From: Candidatus Entotheonellaceae bacterium | GTDB taxonomy: Bacteria > Tectomicrobia > Entotheonellia > Entotheonellales > Entotheonellaceae | Reading direction: 5' to 3' | NCBI GenBank assembly: GCA_965238075.1 | Contig: OZ250173.1 | Span: 576,001-640,000, forward strand | DNA length: 64,000 bases | The notes under the pieces: model-generated | Told to the model about the DNA's origin: nothing | Database searches by the model: none | What the model saw: only the letters and a program-made list of their open reading frames with translations | Made by a program: the position numbers and the translations under genes | In this document: positions 59,863 to 64,000 of the stretch, one piece after another | Position numbering within the stretch: the stretch's first letter is position 1 | How the letters are laid out: every line of letters starts with the position of its first letter

Positions 59863-62313
59863 ATGACGGACGTCCGTAACCACTTGAGCCGTCTCGACAA
59901 ACCCCTTCAATACGCCACGCGCAATGACTTCGCCGACCTGCCCAAATTGCGCGACCTGGAATCGTTCGTACAGCATCAGATCCAGGTTTTGCAGTCATTG
60001 CCGCTGCCAGCATCGATGCCCGGTGTGTTAACGCAATTGGCGGAAACGGTACTGGGATTCGACGATCTGACGCTGACCGAGAAACGCCAGCGCGTGCAGC
60101 AGGCCGCGCGGATTCTTTCCCGCCTGCACACCTTGGCGGACAAGAGCGACGCCCCGACGCCCAAACGGGCCGCCACGCTCGCGCCGGCATCCGCCGCCGC
60201 TTCCGAAGATCCACTGGCCCAGCCGGTGCAATTCCTGCGCGGCGTCGGGCCACGCCGCGCCGCCCTGCTTGCCAGACTATCCCTGCACACCGTGGGCGAT
60301 CTGCTATGGTGCCTGCCCGGGCGCTACGAAGACCGCCGCAACATCACCCCCCTGGGCATGCTGCAGGCCGGTACCCGGCAGACGTTCTACGGCACGGTAA
60401 CGGCCTTCCAACTGCACCCCATGTCACGCGGTAAGTCCTTTGCGACCCTGCGCCTGGAGGACTCCAGCGCCCCGCTCACCTGCAAATGGTTCCAGCACCG
60501 CGGCCTTGCCCTGCAGGAGCGCTTTCCCATCGGCGCGCGTGTGGTCGGCAACGGCCTCATCACCTTCAATCGCTATGACGGCAGCCGCGAAGTGGTTCAT
60601 CCCGACCTTGAAGCACTGGAAGAGGACGACGCCGAGCTGGTTCATTTCGGCCGCTTGGTGCCGATTTACCCGCTGACCGCCGGGCTGACCCAGAAGAGCA
60701 TGCGAAGCCTGATGCACAGCACCGTGGAGACCTTCGTGCCACTAATTCGCGAGACGCTGCCGCATTCAGTCTGCACCGCTCACCGGCTGCCCGCACTGGC
60801 ACAGGCCATGCGCGGGGTGCATTTCCCGTATGACGACGCCAACCTTGAAGCTCTCAATGAGCAGCGAACCGCCTTTCACGCGCGGCTGATATTCGAGGAG
60901 TTCTTCTTGCTCGAACTCGGTCTCGCCATCCGCCACCGCGAGGTCCGCAATACACGCCGCGACAAGCACTACGACCAGCCGAACCACCTCGGCAAGGCGC
61001 TACTAAAACATTTGCCGTTTCAGCTCACTGCCGCCCAGCAGCGTGTGCTGGACGAGATTCTCACCGACATGCGTCGTCCTTTCCCGATGAACCGCCTCAT
61101 CCAGGGCGACGTCGGCAGCGGCAAGACTATCGTCGCCCTGCTCGCCATGCTGCTGGCGGTATCCAACGGCCAGCAGGCCGCCCTCATGGCGCCGACGGAG
61201 CTTCTCGCGGAGCAGCACTTGGCAACGTTGCGTACCCTGCTACAGCATCTGGACCTCGAAGTGGCGCTGCTCACCGGCACGGTCAAAGGCCGCAGCCGCC
61301 GAAAACTCCTTCAGCGCATCGCCGATGGCGAGGTATCCGTGCTGGTCGGTACCCACGCCCTGTTGTACGAGAACGTGCAGTTCCACGGCCTCGGTATGAT
61401 CGTCGTTGACGAGCAGCACCGCTTCGGCGTCATGCAGCGCGCCGGCCTGCGGCAGAAGGGCCTCCGGCCCGACGTGCTGGTTATGACGGCCACGCCGATT
61501 CCACGAACCCTGGCCATGACGCTGTACGGCGACCTCGATCTCTCCATCCTGGACGAACTGCCCCCTGGCCGCCTGCCGATCAAAACCGTCCTGCTCAGCG
61601 AAAAACGCCGCGAACATGCTTACGAGGTGGTGCGCCGCGAGGTCGACAAAGGCCACCAGGCCTACATCGTCTACCCGCTCATCGAGGAATCCGAAAGCCT
61701 CGACCTCGGCGCCGCCGCGGTCATGGCCGAGCACTTGCGGCACACGGTGTTCGCGGAATACGAGGTCGGCCTGCTGCACGGACGCCTGGCCGCCGAGGAA
61801 CGGGACGCCATCATGCGGGCGTTTGCGGAAGGACGGCTACAGCTTCTGGTGTCCACCACCGTCATCGAGGTCGGCGTCGACATCGCCAACGCCACTGTCA
61901 TGCTGATCGAAAACGCCGAGCGGTTCGGCTTGGCGCAGCTCCATCAGTTACGCGGCCGCGTCGGGCGAGGCACGGCGCGCGCTACGTGCCTGCTGCTGCC
62001 TGGTCAGAAGCTCAGCCGCGAGAGCCGCCAGCGGTTGAAGGTCATGCAGGAAAGCACCGATGGGTTTTACGTGGCCGAGCAGGATTTGCAGATTCGCGGG
62101 CCGGGGGAATTGCTGGGGACGAAACAGTCGGGACTGCCGGAATTGCGCGTCGGCAATATCCTGCATCACGGCGTGTGGTTGGAACGAGCGCGGCAGTCGG
62201 CGTTCGCGTTGCTGGACGAGGACCCCCACTTGAGCCGGGAGGAGCATCGCGCCTTGTTGCAGGCCGCGCAGACCCGTTGGGGCCGCCAGTTCGAATTGGC
62301 GACGGTCGGTTAG
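59863..62313 (+). CDS. recG: ATP-dependent DNA helicase RecG
   Basis: GDVGSGKT, DEQHRFG, TATPIPR, QLRGRVGR and DL.IRGPG. Confidence 0.96.
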   Translation: MTDVRNHLSRLDKPLQYATRNDFADLPKLRDLESFVQHQIQVLQSLPLPASMPGVLTQLAETVLGFDDLTLTEKRQRVQQAARILSRLHTLADKSDAPTPKRAATLAPASAAASEDPLAQPVQFLRGVGPRRAALLARLSLHTVGDLLWCLPGRYEDRRNITPLGMLQAGTRQTFYGTVTAFQLHPMSRGKSFATLRLEDSSAPLTCKWFQHRGLALQERFPIGARVVGNGLITFNRYDGSREVVHPDLEALEEDDAELVHFGRLVPIYPLTAGLTQKSMRSLMHSTVETFVPLIRETLPHSVCTAHRLPALAQAMRGVHFPYDDANLEALNEQRTAFHARLIFEEFFLLELGLAIRHREVRNTRRDKHYDQPNHLGKALLKHLPFQLTAAQQRVLDEILTDMRRPFPMNRLIQGDVGSGKTIVALLAMLLAVSNGQQAALMAPTELLAEQHLATLRTLLQHLDLEVALLTGTVKGRSRRKLLQRIADGEVSVLVGTHALLYENVQFHGLGMIVVDEQHRFGVMQRAGLRQKGLRPDVLVMTATPIPRTLAMTLYGDLDLSILDELPPGRLPIKTVLLSEKRREHAYEVVRREVDKGHQAYIVYPLIEESESLDLGAAAVMAEHLRHTVFAEYEVGLLHGRLAAEERDAIMRAFAEGRLQLLVSTTVIEVGVDIANATVMLIENAERFGLAQLHQLRGRVGRGTARATCLLLPGQKLSRESRQRLKVMQESTDGFYVAEQDLQIRGPGELLGTKQSGLPELRVGNILHHGVWLERARQSAFALLDEDPHLSREEHRALLQAAQTRWGRQFELATVG

Positions 62314-62321
62314 GATTGGCT

Positions 62322-62825
62322 TCAACCGCGCGCGATATGAGCCATGTGCGCCAGCTCGGGCAGAATAAGTTTTTCCATGGCCAAGCGCACCGCGGCGCTC
62401 GACCCTGGCATGGAAACGATGACCGTGCCACTGGCAACCCCAGCCGTGGCCCGGCTCATCATGGCCGCGGCGCCGATCTCGTCGTAGCTCAGGTAGCGAA
62501 AGAGCTCGCCGAAGCCCGTCAACTCCTTTTCCAGACAATCCCGCACCACTTCGTACGTGCCATCGCGCGACGACAGGCCCGTGCCGCCGCTCAGTAGAAC
62601 GGCGTCGGTGTCGGCGTCCTGGATGTGATGCCGCAGCAAGCGTCGGATGTCGTCGGGCTCGTCTCTGACGATGCAGTAGGCGTGGACGGCGTGGCCCGCC
62701 TGTGTGAGAGCGTCCTGCATCAACCGTCCGCTGGTGTCGGTTTCCGGCGTGCGGGTATCGCTGACCGTGATGACCGCACAGCGTATACCCTTGGCGGCCT
62801 GCTGCCGGTGTTCCTGGTGGCTCAT
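62322..62825 (-). CDS. moaB: Molybdenum cofactor biosynthesis protein B
   Basis: ITVSDTR, GGTG...RD, GFGELFR, A..SRA and PGS. Confidence 0.9.
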   Translation of the reverse strand: MSHQEHRQQAAKGIRCAVITVSDTRTPETDTSGRLMQDALTQAGHAVHAYCIVRDEPDDIRRLLRHHIQDADTDAVLLSGGTGLSSRDGTYEVVRDCLEKELTGFGELFRYLSYDEIGAAAMMSRATAGVASGTVIVSMPGSSAAVRLAMEKLILPELAHMAHIARG

Positions 62826-63337
62826 GATCGATTTCCGTCTGCAAAAGGGGGGAAAGGGCCGAGGTGCGTCACATCGCCCTGATCCGGCAACGCGACGATG
62901 ATGTGGCGGATGGGCTCGCCCGACGGCAAATGCAGATGCGGTTCAAGCTCGCTGAGGGGAACGAGCACGAACAGCCGTTCGCTCAAGGCTTTGTGGGGAA
63001 TATCGAGAACGGGCTTGTGCACCTCCAGGGCATCGTAGAGCAGGATGTCGACGTCGATGACTCGCGGACCCCACCTGATTGCAGGCTCGCGCCCCAACCG
63101 GCTTTCGACGGCCTGCGTGATGGCGAGCAAGGATTCGGGGCCCAAGGTGGTGTGCACCCGCGCGACGGCGTTCAGGAAGGCGTCCTGCGCGGTAAGGCCG
63201 ACCGGGGCGGTCTCATACAGCGACGAGACAGCCTGCACGGCGATGGCCGGATGCTGGTGCAAAAGGCCGCAGGCGCGCACAAGGTGCTGCTCACGGTCGC
63301 CGATGTTGGAGCCTAATCCGAGATAGACGACTGCCAT
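62822..63337 (-). CDS. folK: HPPK
   Basis: LGSN.GDR, FLNAV and WGPR.ID.DIL. Confidence 0.95.
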   Translation of the reverse strand: MAVVYLGLGSNIGDREQHLVRACGLLHQHPAIAVQAVSSLYETAPVGLTAQDAFLNAVARVHTTLGPESLLAITQAVESRLGREPAIRWGPRVIDVDILLYDALEVHKPVLDIPHKALSERLFVLVPLSELEPHLHLPSGEPIRHIIVALPDQGDVTHLGPFPPFADGNRS

Positions 63338-63705
63338 GATTCCTGCGAGCGTTCGATGTCGACGCCGACATAGTCCAGCACGCTCCCCTTCAGCGACACG
63401 TGCGGCTTGCGAACGCAGATCCGCAAGCCGTCGGGAGCAAACTGCTTGCCGATCTGCATCGCCAGCGTCTCGGCGAGTGCCTCGATGAGGTCGAACCGCT
63501 CCTCCTCGACGATGCGTTTCACCAACTTGTAGACCTGCGCGTAGTTGATCGTCTGTCGTAGGTCGTCACTCAACCCCGCCGGGCGCGCGTCCACTTGCAG
63601 CACGACATCGACTTCGAAGCGTTGTCCAAGGGTTTTTTCTTCGGGATTGACGCCGTGATAGGCGTAAAACTGCATGTTGCGGAGGTGGATGGTGTCGCGG
63701 CTCAA
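63313..63705 (-). CDS. folB: Dihydroneopterin aldolase
   Basis: FYAYHGV..EE..LGQRF, SDDL..T.NY and RKP; probable TTG start. Confidence 0.93.
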   Translation of the reverse strand: MSRDTIHLRNMQFYAYHGVNPEEKTLGQRFEVDVVLQVDARPAGLSDDLRQTINYAQVYKLVKRIVEEERFDLIEALAETLAMQIGKQFAPDGLRICVRKPHVSLKGSVLDYVGVDIERSQESWQSSISD

Positions 63706-63733
63706 CGGGTTGTCTCGACGTGAAGGGAGGGCA

Positions 63734-64000
63734 TCAGCGGCTGACGACCAGCGACATGAATTCACTGCGGGTGGCCTGATCGGTCTTGAACGAACCGCGC
63801 ATGGCCGAGGTGACCATCAGCGAGCCGGGCTTCTTGACGCCACGCATGGTCATGCAGGTGTGGGAGGCTTCCACGACGATACCAACGCCGTGCGCGTCCA
63901 ACTCGTCAATCAACAGGTCGGCAATTTGCGACGTCATGCGTTCCTGCACCTGCGGACGGCGCGCGAACACTTCGATGACACGAGCAATTTTGCTGAGCCC
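63734..64000 (-). CDS. folE: GTP cyclohydrolase I, 5' partial
   Basis: GLSK..R, RR.QVQER and H.CM.MRGV; runs off the window edge. Confidence 0.93.
   Translation of the reverse strand, partial: GLSKIARVIEVFARRPQVQERMTSQIADLLIDELDAHGVGIVVEASHTCMTMRGVKKPGSLMVTSAMRGSFKTDQATRSEFMSLVVSR

Overview
GC-rich bacterial chromosomal window with about 55 mostly intact genes. The gene mix (fused CoA-transferase, acyl-CoA enzymes, several metallo-beta-lactamase-fold hydrolases, orphan Grd proteins, DUF1800/DUF1501) plus many REP/MITE-like repeats and eroded genes suggests an uncultured, probably host-associated heterotroph such as a Tectomicrobia-like or other sponge-symbiont lineage; this is an inference only. 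The right end is housekeeping (acs, rel, rpmB, recG, moaB, folK-folB-folE). Main points: (1) a glycine/betaine-reductase protein-B-like pair whose second gene is a selenoprotein that the ORF track truncates at an in-frame UGA. It has a SECIS-like hairpin, a tRNA-Sec gene lies at 41194-41290, both subunits lack canonical catalytic cysteines, and no grdA/C/D is nearby. (2) An acs-linked operon of an AhbD/NirJ-like radical SAM protein, a second PCP_red-domain protein and a HutX/ChuX-like protein. (3) A signal-peptide-less DUF1800-DUF1501-NHL-GlcF operon. (4) In-frame-deleted 'mini' versions of a K+ channel and a TonB-dependent receptor. (5) A toxin-antitoxin islet with an IS630 inserted in a reconstructable gene, a frameshifted restriction-modification gene, and several MITE/REP families. 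All family calls come from motif recognition by eye; no database searches were run.
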